DNA from: an uncultured Candidatus Saccharibacteria bacterium
GTDB lineage: Bacteria > Patescibacteriota > Minisyncoccia > Minisyncoccales > CAZVLR01
Length of the DNA: 64,000 nt
Reading direction: 5' to 3'
NCBI GenBank assembly: GCA_964628095.1
Contig: CAZVLR010000002.1
Span: 12,795-76,794 of the forward strand
The position numbers were made by a program, and so were the translations under genes. The stretch's first letter is position 1, and the number at the start of each line of letters is the position of its first letter. The notes beneath the pieces were generated by a model. The model ran no database searches. It saw only the letters and a program-made list of their open reading frames with translations, and was not told where the DNA came from. Positions 18,190 to 26,117 of this stretch are shown here, piece after piece.

Positions 18190-18218
18190 TTGACTTTAAT
18201 CTATTTTATAGATAAAAT
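18190..18218 (+). promoter_or_regulatory. sigma70-like promoter for tRNA-Ser/tRNA-Ser/infB unit
   Basis: TTGACT (18190-18195), 17 nt, TAAAAT (18213-18218). The tRNA starts at 18232. It sits back-to-back with the minus-strand promoter. Confidence 0.5.
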
Positions 18219-18231
18219 ATATTTATCAAAA

Positions 18232-18322
18232 GGAGGAGTGCGGCGAATGGTAAGCCAGCAGTTTGCTAAACTGTACCCGTCTAAAAAGCGGGTTGTGGGT
18301 TCGACTCCCACCTCCTCCGCCA
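18232..18322 (+). tRNA. tRNA-Ser (anticodon GCT)
   Basis: Acceptor GGAGGAG/CTCCTCC, anticodon stem GCAGT/ACTGT with loop TTGCTAA, long variable arm, T arm GTGGG-TTCGACT-CCCAC, discriminator G. CCA encoded. Confidence 0.9.
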
Positions 18323-18344
18323 GCCGCTAATTTATTAAATAAAT

Positions 18345-18432
18345 GGCGGGGTCGGATAACGGCTATTCCACCGGTCTTGAAAACCGGAGCTCCTTCGGGG
18401 GCTTGTGAGTTCGAATCTCACCCCCGCCGCCA
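18345..18432 (+). tRNA. tRNA-Ser (anticodon TGA)
   Basis: Acceptor GGCGGGG/CCCCGCC, anticodon stem CCGGT/ACCGG with loop CTTGAAA, long variable arm (GCTCCTTCGGGGGC), T arm GTGAG-TTCGAAT-CTCAC. CCA encoded. Confidence 0.9.
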
Positions 18433-18480
18433 GGCCGCTAAATATATAAATCGGCAATTTTAATTTTAAACAACAATTCT

Positions 18481-18852
18481 ATGCCAAGCTTTTTTAAGAA
18501 AAAGAAAAAACAGCCAGAAAACACAAAAGAAATTTTAGAGGCTTTTATGCTAATGCAGGAAAATTTCGAGAAGTTATCGCAGGAGCTGGATAAGATAAAA
18601 AAAGATAACAAATTTCACATTCAAAAATTAGGCGTGGTTAGATTCAATCCTTTTTCAGGAGTAGGTTCGGACCAAAGCTTTTCCATCGCCTTATTGGATT
18701 CAAACGATAACGGCGTGGTGATTACCAGTCTTTATACCAGAAACGAGAATCGCGTTTATGCGAAACCTTTAAAAGCCGGGCGTTCCGAATACCTGCTTTC
18801 AGCCGAGGAAAAAAACGCTATCGAAAAAGCTAAAAACGGCCTTGAGAAGTAA
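18481..18852 (+). CDS. DUF4446-like protein
   Basis: Layout and the motif VVRFNPFSGVGSDQSFSIALLD..GVVITSLY resemble the DUF4446 family as I recall it. No function known. Confidence 0.6.
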   Translation: MPSFFKKKKKQPENTKEILEAFMLMQENFEKLSQELDKIKKDNKFHIQKLGVVRFNPFSGVGSDQSFSIALLDSNDNGVVITSLYTRNENRVYAKPLKAGRSEYLLSAEEKNAIEKAKNGLEK

Positions 18853-18869
18853 AAAAGAGAAAAGTTACT

Positions 18870-20363
18870 ATGATAAAAACTCCAAAAGATAATTTAATAT
18901 TGCGGGCGCCAGTGGTGGTAGTGCTGGGACATATTGATCATGGTAAAACCACCCTGCTAGATTTTATTAGAAAAAGCCGGGTGGCAGAAAAAGAAACAGG
19001 TGGCATCACCCAACATGTGGGCGCTTATGAAATTGAGCAAAAAGGCAAGAAGATTACCTTTATTGACACGCCCGGTCATGAGGCCTTTTCACAAATTAGA
19101 TCCCGGGGCGCCCACACTGCTGATATTGCAGTATTGGTTGTTGACGCGACTGAAAGCGTTAAAACCCAAACCAAAGAGGCAATTTCACACATTAAAAAAG
19201 CAGAGATTCCTATTATTGTAGCGATTAATAAAATGGACAAATCTGAAGCTAATCCCGAAAAAGTTAAAAGAGAATTAATTAGAGAGGATATTACCGTGGA
19301 ATCAATGGGTGGTAAAGTGCCTTCGGTGGAGGTTTCTGCTAAAACCGGAAAGGGCGTGCCCGATCTTTTAGAGCTGATTTTATTAATTGCGGAAATGGAA
19401 AATTTAAAGACTAATACTTCAAAGTCGGCTGAGGGCGTGATAATTGAGGCTTTTCAAGATAGCAAAAGGGGTGCGATTGCCACTTTATTAATTAACGAGG
19501 GCAGATTGAAAGTTGGCCAAATAGTTGGCACCGAATCAGCTCTGGGGAAGGTAAAAGGATTGGCCGATTTCCGTGGAAAAGCTATAAAAGAGGCGCTTCC
19601 CTCCCAGCCGGTAATTATGATGGGTTTTGGCAAAGTGCCTTGGGTGGGAGAGAGTTTTCGGGTTTTCGAAACCTTCGAGGAAGCTGAAAATAATTTAAAA
19701 AAAGAAAAAGAGCTGGGGCCGGAAACAATCGATTTGCAGGACGACCAGAAAATTTTCAACTTAATTTTAAAAACAGATGTTTTGGGTTCGCTCGAAGCTT
19801 TAGAGGAAATATTAAGGGCCCTGCCTCAGGAAAGAATTGTTTTAAGAATTTTAAAATCGGAAGTAGGTGAGGTTAATGAATCTGATATAAAATCAGCCAG
19901 CCAGGCCAAGGCCAAAATTCTGGCTTTTCGGGTAAAAACCAACGCGGTAGCCCAGAATTTGGCCGAACGGGAAAGAGTGCGGATAATGAATTTCGAAATT
20001 ATTTACGAGTTGGTAGAAGGCGTGAGAAAATACATGGAAAAATTGGTTGAGCCGGAAATTGTCAGAAAAGATTTGGGCAAATTAAAGGTGTTGGTAGTTT
20101 TTTTGACCGAAAAGAACCGACAAATTGTTGGTGGGAAAATAGTTGAGGGCGAGGTTAAAAAAGGCCAGGTTTTTATTGAGGTTTTGCGGAATAACGAAAT
20201 TAAGGGCACGGGCAGAATGATTAATCTTCAAAAGAATAAAAAAGACGTGGATCGGGCCACCAAGGGGGATGAATGCGGCATTCTTTACGAGGGTGATATT
20301 AAAATTGAGCAGGGTGATATCGTTGTTTTTTATAATAAAGAGAGGATTAAGCCCGAAATTTAA
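18870..20363 (+). CDS. infB: translation initiation factor IF-2 (short form lacking N-terminal extension)
   Basis: G domain starts almost at the N-terminus (VVVVLGHIDHGKTTLLD, DTPGHEAF, NKMD), followed by IF-2 domains II to C2. 497 aa. Confidence 0.95.
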   Translation: MIKTPKDNLILRAPVVVVLGHIDHGKTTLLDFIRKSRVAEKETGGITQHVGAYEIEQKGKKITFIDTPGHEAFSQIRSRGAHTADIAVLVVDATESVKTQTKEAISHIKKAEIPIIVAINKMDKSEANPEKVKRELIREDITVESMGGKVPSVEVSAKTGKGVPDLLELILLIAEMENLKTNTSKSAEGVIIEAFQDSKRGAIATLLINEGRLKVGQIVGTESALGKVKGLADFRGKAIKEALPSQPVIMMGFGKVPWVGESFRVFETFEEAENNLKKEKELGPETIDLQDDQKIFNLILKTDVLGSLEALEEILRALPQERIVLRILKSEVGEVNESDIKSASQAKAKILAFRVKTNAVAQNLAERERVRIMNFEIIYELVEGVRKYMEKLVEPEIVRKDLGKLKVLVVFLTEKNRQIVGGKIVEGEVKKGQVFIEVLRNNEIKGTGRMINLQKNKKDVDRATKGDECGILYEGDIKIEQGDIVVFYNKERIKPEI

Positions 20364-20367
20364 AAAA

Positions 20368-20712
20368 GTGAAAGACAAAGCTTTAAAAGTAAATAGTTTA
20401 TTACAAAAAGAATTGAACCATATCTTTTTAAAAGATATAGAATTTCCGCAAGGGTTATTGGTTACAATTACCCGGGTGGAAACTTCGGACGATTTGTATC
20501 ATGCCAGAATTTACATCTCGGTTTTACCAGAAAACGGCGAAGAAAGAGTTTTACGGATTTTAGATAAGCTTATTTACCCGATTCAGCAGAAAATCAACCA
20601 CAGATTACGTATGCGGCCGATCCCGCAGATAAGGTTTGTAAAAGAAACTGAAACTTTTGAAGCGGGAAAGATTGAAGGGTTGCTGTACGATATTAAAAAG
20701 AACGAGCATTGA
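20368..20712 (+). CDS. rbfA: ribosome-binding factor A (GTG start preferred over the tracked ATG at 20269)
   Basis: KVNSLLQKELNHIF...ITRVETSDDLYHARIYISV is RbfA-like. The tracked ATG overlaps infB by 95 nt. The in-frame GTG at 20368 sits 4 nt after the infB stop. Confidence 0.85.
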   Translation: MKDKALKVNSLLQKELNHIFLKDIEFPQGLLVTITRVETSDDLYHARIYISVLPENGEERVLRILDKLIYPIQQKINHRLRMRPIPQIRFVKETETFEAGKIEGLLYDIKKNEH

Positions 20713-20770
20713 AAAATAGCCAGAATTTTATTAAAATAAAGAAGTTCTTGTTTTAGACGAACAATTTTTG

Positions 20771-20842
20771 GGCCAGGTAGCCAAGCAGCAAGGCAGCGCT
20801 CTGCAAAAGCGCTATACGTGGGTGCAATTCCCGCCCTGGCCT
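20771..20842 (+). tRNA. tRNA-Cys (anticodon GCA), non-canonical T-loop
   Basis: Acceptor GGCCAGG/CCTGGCC, anticodon stem GCGCT/AGCGC with loop CTGCAAA, discriminator T (typical of Cys). T arm GTGGG-TGCAATT-CCCGC. D-loop AAGCAGCAA lacks GG. Confidence 0.8.
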
Positions 20843-20852
20843 CGGATAATTT

Positions 20853-20936
20853 GCCCGGGTGGTGGAATTGGTATACACGAGAGACTTAAAATCTCTTGAG
20901 TGCAAACTCTTGTGGGTTCGAGTCCCACCCCGGGCA
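20853..20936 (+). tRNA. tRNA-Leu (anticodon TAA)
   Basis: Acceptor GCCCGGG/CCCGGGC, anticodon stem AGAGA/TCTCT with loop CTTAAAA, long variable arm, T arm GTGGG-TTCGAGT-CCCAC. Confidence 0.9.
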
Positions 20937-20939
20937 TAT

Positions 20940-21011
20940 GGCGACTATAGTGTAGCAGTAACACTGGAGTTTGTGGCACTCCCATCACGGGTGCAAGTCC
21001 CGTTAGTCGCC
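20940..21011 (+). tRNA. tRNA-His (anticodon GTG) with encoded G-1, non-canonical T-loop
   Basis: G-1 (20940) lies opposite C73. Acceptor GCGACTA/TAGTCGC, anticodon stem GGAGT/ACTCC with loop TTGTGGC, T arm ACGGG-TGCAAGT-CCCGT. D-loop AGCAGTA lacks GG. Confidence 0.8.
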
Positions 21012-21019
21012 CAAAAGGA

Positions 21020-21049
21020 AAGCCCGCCTTAGTGAGGCGGGCTTTTTTG
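21020..21049. terminator. bidirectional rho-independent terminator (tRNA cluster / htrA)
   Basis: AAGCCCGCC (21020-21028) pairs with GGCGGGCTT (21036-21044), then TTTT. An A-rich run on the left serves the minus strand. Confidence 0.7.
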
Positions 21050-21061
21050 TTAGACGTTATT

Positions 21062-22105
21062 TTATTTCTTCTCTTCCATCCTTACTTTTAATTCTAGTTC
21101 TTTACTTCCTCTTAAAACCTTAAAGGAAAGCTCTTCATCGATTTGGTATTTTTGTAAAAGGTTGGCTAAGGGGTTTTTGTCATCCACCTTTTCTTTATTA
21201 ACTTCAATAATAATATCGTATTCTTTTAACCCAGATTTGTCAGCTGCCGAATTTTTAACCACTGCTTCCTCGCCCAAGGTTTCTCTAACAATTAAAGCGC
21301 CGTATTCAATGGGGAGTTTGTGCATTTTAGCCAGTTCTTTGCTGATAAGAATATATCTAACGCCCAAGAAGGGCCTTTTTACTTTTCCATACTTCATTAC
21401 TTCCTCAAGATCCTTTTTTATATAGTTAATGGGAATGGCAAAGCCAATATTTTGGGCGCCCATTACCGTAGCCGTATTAATGCCAATAGCTTTTCCTTGC
21501 ATATTAACTAAGGGCCCGCCCGAGTTTCCGGGGTTAATAGCGGCATCGGTTTGGAATAATCCTCGTAGTTGGGATGATTGGGAATCCAGGCCTGAAAAAG
21601 CGGTAATAGCTCTACTCATGCCAGAAATAATACCGGCTGAAACCGTGTCGTGAAATTCACCCAAAGCATTGCCAATGGCCACCACCTCCTCGCCTAGCTC
21701 CACTTGGTCGGAATCTCCCAGCTCCAAATAGGCCAGATTTTTACAATCTATTTTTAGAATCGCAATATCGGAAATAGGGTCGCGCGACATAATTTTGGCC
21801 GGGCATTTTTCGGTGGGGCTTAAAATTATAGTGTAATCGGCTTCTGGATCAGCCACGACGTGGTTGGAAGTAATAATATAGCCGTCGGGCGAAACAACAA
21901 AGCCCGAGCCGCCGCCAACTTTGGTTTTTTCTTTTTCTTTATCGAATTTGGGTACGACGTATTGTTGTCCGCCAAAAGGAAAAAAATAATAGCCGTCTAC
22001 TTTAGGCAGGTCTTTTGAGATAACAATGGTGATAACTGCCGGGCAAACTTTTTTAGCGATCTCAACGATAGGTGATTTATTTTCCATATAACTCGATATT
22101 ATCAT
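21062..22105 (-). CDS. htrA: HtrA/DegP-family serine protease with PDZ domain (alternative start at 22087)
   Basis: Trypsin-like triad context (TSNHVV, DIAILK, GNSGGPLVN) plus a C-terminal PDZ. The second ATG (22087, MENKSP...) sits 8 nt after a TGnTAATAT -10 box. Confidence 0.9.
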   Translation of the reverse strand: MIISSYMENKSPIVEIAKKVCPAVITIVISKDLPKVDGYYFFPFGGQQYVVPKFDKEKEKTKVGGGSGFVVSPDGYIITSNHVVADPEADYTIILSPTEKCPAKIMSRDPISDIAILKIDCKNLAYLELGDSDQVELGEEVVAIGNALGEFHDTVSAGIISGMSRAITAFSGLDSQSSQLRGLFQTDAAINPGNSGGPLVNMQGKAIGINTATVMGAQNIGFAIPINYIKKDLEEVMKYGKVKRPFLGVRYILISKELAKMHKLPIEYGALIVRETLGEEAVVKNSAADKSGLKEYDIIIEVNKEKVDDKNPLANLLQKYQIDEELSFKVLRGSKELELKVRMEEKK

Positions 22106-22124
22106 AAAAATTTATTGTCAGCAA
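22096..22124 (-). promoter_or_regulatory. promoter abutting the htrA start
   Basis: Minus strand reads TTGCTG (22124-22119), 17 nt, TGA-TAATAT (-10 at 22101-22096), then 8 nt to ATG 22087. No SD. Confidence 0.45.
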
Positions 22125-22143
22125 CAAAAAAATATGATAATTT
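22115..22143 (+). promoter_or_regulatory. promoter for tRNA-Arg(CCT)/VanW gene
   Basis: TTGTCA (22115-22120), 17 nt ending in TGA, TAATTT (22138-22143). The tRNA starts at 22156. It overlaps the divergent htrA -35. Confidence 0.4.
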
Positions 22144-22155
22144 AAAGTAAATTTC

Positions 22156-22232
22156 GCCCTCGTAGCTCAACTGGATAGAGCAGCTCCGTCCTAAGGAGAA
22201 GGTTAGGGGTTCAACTCCTCTCGAGGGCACCA
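22156..22232 (+). tRNA. tRNA-Arg (anticodon CCT)
   Basis: Acceptor GCCCTCG/CGAGGGC, D arm GCTC-AACTGGATA-GAGC, anticodon loop GTCCTAA, T arm AGGGG-TTCAACT-CCTCT. CCA encoded. Confidence 0.9.
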
Positions 22233-22240
22233 AAAATTTT

Positions 22241-23920
22241 ATGAAGAGAAAAACCGGACTTAAAATATTAATCTTTTTTCTGGCAGTTTTATTTTTAACT
22301 GTTTTATTTTTATTAAGCCCCATTTTAAGCCGAGACCGAATGGTTTGGGGTTTAAAAGTGGTCAATGTTAATATTGGCGGGCTTTCATCTTTTGAAGCTA
22401 AAGCGGTTTTAGAAAAAGAAACGGCCAAGATTTACCAAAAAGATGTAATTTTAGAGTATTCAAAAGAAGACAGAACGTGGCAAGTAACAGTTTTAGACAT
22501 GGGTTTTAATATAGATATTGATAATACAATTAACAACGCTTTAAAAATCGGCCGGGAGGGTGTATTTAAAAGTTTTTCAGAACAAGCTTCGGCTTTATTC
22601 TTTGGAAAAAACCTGCCCCTTTCCTTTAATTTTAACAGCAAGGAGTTTGATGATTTTGGTAAAATAAACTTTTTTGAAATAGAAAATTATAAGCAGGAAC
22701 CGGAGCTCAAATACGATGTTAGTAGTAGCGATTTTATAATTCAGCCAGGGAAAACCGGCCTCATGGTTGATAAAGAAAAATTAAAAGACGATATTTTAAG
22801 TCAAATCAATCAGGGGTTTTTTAGCAAAGTGGAGCTGGCTTTAAAAAAAGATCAGCCGCTTTCGCAAATGGCCGCTGAAAAAACGCGTCAAAAAGCCTTG
22901 TTGATTTTAAATTCAGCTCCTTATTATTTAACCGATCAAGATAAAAAATGGCCTTTAAATAAAGAAACAATTTTATCCTGGTTTTTCTTTTTAGCAAAAG
23001 ATGATAATTTAGTTATTGAATTAAAAGAAAAGGAAGTCCAGAGCCTTTTGGAGGGTTTAGTGCCAGAGGTTAATCAGCCTTCAACCAATGCTGTTTTGGG
23101 CCAAAAAGACGGCCAGATGATTATTGTAAAAGAGGGCCAGAATAAAAAAGAGTTGGATTTAAAAAGCAGCTTTGAAAGCATCCAAAGAGAAATTTTAAAC
23201 GATAATCACATTGTTAATAAAGAAATTGCTTTACAGATAAAAACAGCGCCGCCAGAGGTTAATTCTAATAGTATTCAAGAATTAGGATTTACCTCTTTTT
23301 TGGGCCAGGGTTCGGCCGATTATTCCGGTTCGCCTTCAGGCCGTATTTTTAATATTAAACTGGGCGCTTCTAGAATAAGCGGAATTATTGTAAGGCCCAA
23401 CGAGGAGTTTTCTTTTAACCAGACTATCGGCGATATTAATGCTACTTCTGGTTATATGCAGGCTATTGTTCTAAAAAACAACAAAAAGGTAGTTGAATAC
23501 GGCGGGGGCGTGTGCCAGGTTTCCACCACTTTATTCCGGGCGGCCATAAACGCCGGCTTAAAGATTGTCGAGCGCCACGCCCACGCCATACCGATTGCTT
23601 ATTACGTACCCACTGGTTTTGACGCTACGGTTTATCCCGGGCAGGTAGATTTAAGGTTTCTAAACGATACGAAAAACAATATTTATATTCAAAGCTATAC
23701 CAAAGCCAGTAAGCTTTATTTTGAAATTTACGGTTCAAACGACGGCCGGGAAATTAAAATTTTGGGCCCGAAAGTTTTAGCGGTTAAAGAAGACGGTTCA
23801 ATGAAAACGCTTTTAACCCAAGAAGTCTACATACTGGGCAAATTATTGAGAAGGGATCAGTTTTACTCCATTTATAAATCGCCCGCTTCTTATACCTTGG
23901 AAGAAAATCCTTTAGATTAA
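22241..23920 (+). CDS. VanW-family cell-wall associated protein
   Basis: N-terminal TM anchor and a C-terminal VanW core GGGVCQVSTTLFRAAINAGL...ERHAH. The ATG lies 8 nt after the tRNA CCA end. Confidence 0.85.
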   Translation: MKRKTGLKILIFFLAVLFLTVLFLLSPILSRDRMVWGLKVVNVNIGGLSSFEAKAVLEKETAKIYQKDVILEYSKEDRTWQVTVLDMGFNIDIDNTINNALKIGREGVFKSFSEQASALFFGKNLPLSFNFNSKEFDDFGKINFFEIENYKQEPELKYDVSSSDFIIQPGKTGLMVDKEKLKDDILSQINQGFFSKVELALKKDQPLSQMAAEKTRQKALLILNSAPYYLTDQDKKWPLNKETILSWFFFLAKDDNLVIELKEKEVQSLLEGLVPEVNQPSTNAVLGQKDGQMIIVKEGQNKKELDLKSSFESIQREILNDNHIVNKEIALQIKTAPPEVNSNSIQELGFTSFLGQGSADYSGSPSGRIFNIKLGASRISGIIVRPNEEFSFNQTIGDINATSGYMQAIVLKNNKKVVEYGGGVCQVSTTLFRAAINAGLKIVERHAHAIPIAYYVPTGFDATVYPGQVDLRFLNDTKNNIYIQSYTKASKLYFEIYGSNDGREIKILGPKVLAVKEDGSMKTLLTQEVYILGKLLRRDQFYSIYKSPASYTLEENPLD

Positions 23921-23929
23921 AGACAGCTA

Positions 23930-23955
23930 AAAACCGCCAGATTTGGCGGCTTTTA
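23930..23955. terminator. bidirectional terminator between VanW gene and 3D-domain gene
   Basis: CCGCCA (23934-23939) pairs with TGGCGG (23944-23949), flanked by AAA on the left and TTTT on the right. Confidence 0.55.
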
Positions 23956-23958
23956 GTT

Positions 23959-24495
23959 TTAGATTTTCAAGATTTCAATGTAGGATCTTTTGACCCCGAA
24001 GTTTTTGGCTTCCCAATAAGAAGGAAACCAAATGTCTACGTTGTCGCCGTCTTTTGACCAATGCATCCGGTCTTCAACCACAAAGACTTTGTCTCCGTAG
24101 ATGGCCGGAATTCTGATTTTGGTTCCAAAAGGCAACAGGTTATTAGCCACAACGCCATCCTTTACCCAGGAGTTCGAAGCAGTCACAAAAGGAGTGCTGT
24201 CGGTTTGCTCTGGGGTAGACGAATAGGCCGTTAAAGTTACCGCCAAGCGGTCTTTTACCAAGATTTTGCCCTTTGGCAAAAGCGGATTTGAAATTGATAA
24301 AAGCGAGTTAGCCTGCAGAGTTAAAAGCTGGCCGAAGTCTTCAAGCGTCGGAATCTCCGAATCGGCTTGAATCTCCTGGGCTTTAAACTCGAACGGGGGA
24401 AAAAAGAGGTTTAAACTGATTGAAATCAAGAATATCAGGGTATACAGCCCGGCTCTTAGTTGGCTAAAAGTGGGCCTTTTTAAGGTTTTGACCAT
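23959..24495 (-). CDS. 3D-domain (MltA/RlpA-like barrel) cell-wall protein
   Basis: N-terminal anchor. C-terminal VTLTAYSS..EQTDSTP...GVVANN..PFGTKIRIP...VVEDRM....NVDIWF is typical of the 3D domain. Confidence 0.8.
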   Translation of the reverse strand: MVKTLKRPTFSQLRAGLYTLIFLISISLNLFFPPFEFKAQEIQADSEIPTLEDFGQLLTLQANSLLSISNPLLPKGKILVKDRLAVTLTAYSSTPEQTDSTPFVTASNSWVKDGVVANNLLPFGTKIRIPAIYGDKVFVVEDRMHWSKDGDNVDIWFPSYWEAKNFGVKRSYIEILKI

Positions 24496-24525
24496 ATTAA
24501 AACCCCCTACACGGGGGAATTCTCC

Positions 24526-24554
24526 ATGCTAGCATATGCTTTCGTTCCTGTCAA
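24526..24554 (-). promoter_or_regulatory. sigma70-like promoter of the 3D-domain gene
   Basis: Minus strand reads TTGACA (24554-24549), 17 nt, TAGCAT (24531-24526). Confidence 0.55.
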
Positions 24555-24600
24555 TAGTAAGGCCAAGCTTTTGAGTCGGGCCGATTTTAGAGCTTTCTAG

Positions 24601-24672
24601 AGCGGGTGAAGGGAATTGAACCCTCTTCTCATCCTTGGCAAGGATGTATAATAGCCGGTATACGACACCCGC
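24601..24672 (-). tRNA. tRNA-Gly (anticodon GCC)
   Basis: Acceptor GCGGGTG/CACCCGC, anticodon stem CATCC/GGATG with loop TTGCCAA, T arm GAGGG-TTCAATT-CCCTT, discriminator T. Confidence 0.9.
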
Positions 24673-24686
24673 TTACTTTAAATATG

Positions 24687-24760
24687 TGCCGCGGGCCAGA
24701 CTTGCACTGGCGACCTCTTCTTTTTCAGAGAAGCGCATCTACTACCTGAGCTACCGCGGC
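24687..24760 (-). tRNA. tRNA-Phe (anticodon GAA), non-canonical T-loop and irregular D-stem
   Basis: Acceptor GCCGCGG/CCGCGGC, anticodon stem CTTCT/AGAAG with loop CTGAAAA, T arm GCCAG-TGCAAGT-CTGGC. The D region GCTCAGGTAGTAGATGC pairs only if one T is bulged. Confidence 0.75.
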
Positions 24761-24770
24761 TGGGTTTTAT

Positions 24771-24842
24771 TGGGCGGTGAAGGATTTGAACCTACGGCCT
24801 TCTCGGTGTAAACGAGACGCTCTGCCGCTGAGCTAACCGCCC
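24771..24842 (-). tRNA. tRNA-Val (anticodon TAC)
   Basis: Acceptor GGGCGGT/ACCGCCC, D arm GCTC-AGCGGCA-GAGC, anticodon stem TCTCG/CGAGA with loop TTTACAC, T arm GTAGG-TTCAAAT-CCTTC. Confidence 0.9.
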
Positions 24843-24843
24843 A

Positions 24844-24929
24844 TGGTGCGGACGGTGGGAGTCGAACCCACATGCCATTTCTGGCACAGAGCCTCAGTCT
24901 GTTGCGTATACCGGTTCCGCCACGTCCGC
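24844..24929 (-). tRNA. tRNA-Leu (anticodon GAG)
   Basis: Acceptor GCGGACG/CGTCCGC, anticodon stem ACAGA/TCTGT with loop CTGAGGC, long variable arm, T arm GTGGG-TTCGACT-CCCAC. CCA encoded. The 5' end touches the rplS stop codon. Confidence 0.9.
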
Positions 24930-25340
24930 TTATTGCGCGCTTTCTACAGTGGGCGCCTCCACTGCTTCCGGCTCCTCCTGAACAACAGCTTGCGCGAATT
25001 CCTGCTTTTTCAAACGGGCTTTTTTGCCCCGAGTCTGCCTTAAATAGTAAAGCTTGGCTCTTCTTACCTTGCTTCTTTTTACTATTTCAATTTTGGAGAT
25101 TAAGGGCGAGTAGAGCGGATATATTTTTTCAACGCCCACGCCTGAAATCACCTTTCTTACGGTAATAGTCGAGCCGATTTCTTTTCCGTGCTTTCGGGCA
25201 ATCACCAGGCCTTCAAAAACTTGGACTCTTTGCTTTTCCCCCTCTTTTATCTTTTGGTGCACGCGTACGGTATCGCCCGGCCTGATATCGGGCATGTTTT
25301 TAATATATGGCTTTAAAATGTTATCGGTTTTTGTAATCAT
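24930..25340 (-). CDS. rplS: 50S ribosomal protein L19 (with acidic C-terminal extension)
   Basis: [34 protein letters not shown]... is the L19 core. Its ATG overlaps the upstream gene's TGA (ATGA). Confidence 0.95.
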   Translation of the reverse strand: MITKTDNILKPYIKNMPDIRPGDTVRVHQKIKEGEKQRVQVFEGLVIARKHGKEIGSTITVRKVISGVGVEKIYPLYSPLISKIEIVKRSKVRRAKLYYLRQTRGKKARLKKQEFAQAVVQEEPEAVEAPTVESAQ

Positions 25341-26035
25341 ATGTTTTTGATAGCATTTTTTAATTCTGTTGGCAAGTCTGAGCGGAATTCTTTTTCCTCT
25401 CCTTTTGGGGTGGCTATTTTAAGGGAAAAGGCGTGCAGGAACTGGCGGGTTAGGCCTTCGGGCTCCGGCTGGTTTTTAAAGCCGTAAAGCGGGTCTTTAA
25501 CAATGGGGTGGCCCAAATAGGCCAAATGGGTACGGATTTGGTGCTTTCTACCGGTTTTGGGCAAAACCTCAAGCAGAGTGTAATCTTTGAATTTTTCAAC
25601 TGTTTTATACTCGGTAATCGCCTCTCTTTTGTTTTCCGCCTTGGGTTGGCCGGCCAGATATACTTTTTGTTTCCGCCGGTCGCTCGGGGCGCGGCCGATT
25701 AGGGTTTCAATTCTACCCGAATCGTTCTTTACTTGTCCCACCACCAAAGCCAGATATTTTTTTTCAACTTTGTTATCTTGAAACTGCTTTTGGAAAAATT
25801 CCAAAGTTTGGCTGTTTTTTGCCACCAGCAAGATGCCAGAAGTGTCTTTGTCCAAGCGGTGAATAATTCCGTATCTTGGGGCTTTTCCCGCATTTTTTAT
25901 TTCAGGGAATTTTTCTATTAGGTAATCGATTAAGGTTTTTTCTGAAATTGCTTCGTTTTCCGGGAAAACCGTAAGGCCGGCTGGCTTATTAACAACCAAA
26001 AAATCCTGATCTTGGTATAGGATGTTTAATTCCAT
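25337..26035 (-). CDS. RluA-family pseudouridine synthase (RluD-like, no S4 domain)
   Basis: LVVNKPAGL and the catalytic [15 protein letters not shown], plus KxYxALV. Confidence 0.9.
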   Translation of the reverse strand: MELNILYQDQDFLVVNKPAGLTVFPENEAISEKTLIDYLIEKFPEIKNAGKAPRYGIIHRLDKDTSGILLVAKNSQTLEFFQKQFQDNKVEKKYLALVVGQVKNDSGRIETLIGRAPSDRRKQKVYLAGQPKAENKREAITEYKTVEKFKDYTLLEVLPKTGRKHQIRTHLAYLGHPIVKDPLYGFKNQPEPEGLTRQFLHAFSLKIATPKGEEKEFRSDLPTELKNAIKNI

Positions 26036-26036
26036 G

Positions 26037-26110
26037 TGGGCGGTATAGGACTTGAACCTATAACCTTTCGCACGTCAAGCGAACGCTCTAGCCAATTGAG
26101 CTAACCGCCC
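26037..26110 (-). tRNA. tRNA-Val (anticodon GAC)
   Basis: Acceptor GGGCGGT/ACCGCCC, anticodon stem TTCGC/GCGAA with loop TTGACGT, T arm ATAGG-TTCAAGT-CCTAT, discriminator A at 26037. CCA not encoded. Confidence 0.9.
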
Positions 26111-26117
26111 CCTCTGA

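Noticed and set aside
18263-18463. 66-aa ORF on the plus strand
   Set aside because: It is fully covered by the two tRNA-Ser genes. Its Pro/Ala-rich translation is an artefact of the GC-rich tRNA sequence.
20269-20367. Tracked ATG start of rbfA overlapping infB by 95 nt
   Set aside because: The extension encodes hydrophobic junk (MNAAFFTRVILKLSRVISLFFII) in the infB alternate frame. The in-frame GTG at 20368, just after the infB stop, gives a normal-length RbfA.
22102-22428. 108-aa minus-strand ORF
   Set aside because: It overlaps tRNA-Arg(CCT) and the 5' end of the VanW gene in antisense. No supporting signals.
24496-24600. cyclic-di-AMP (ydaO-type) riboswitch upstream of the 3D-domain cell-wall gene
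   Set aside because: The leader after the promoter is only about 24 nt, far too short for that riboswitch. Only a simple hairpin is present, and it is reported separately.
24843-25165. Plus-strand ORFs 24843-25043 and 24872-25165
   Set aside because: They overlap tRNA-Leu(GAG) and run antisense to rplS. They are artefacts of the GC-rich tRNA and L19 tail sequence.
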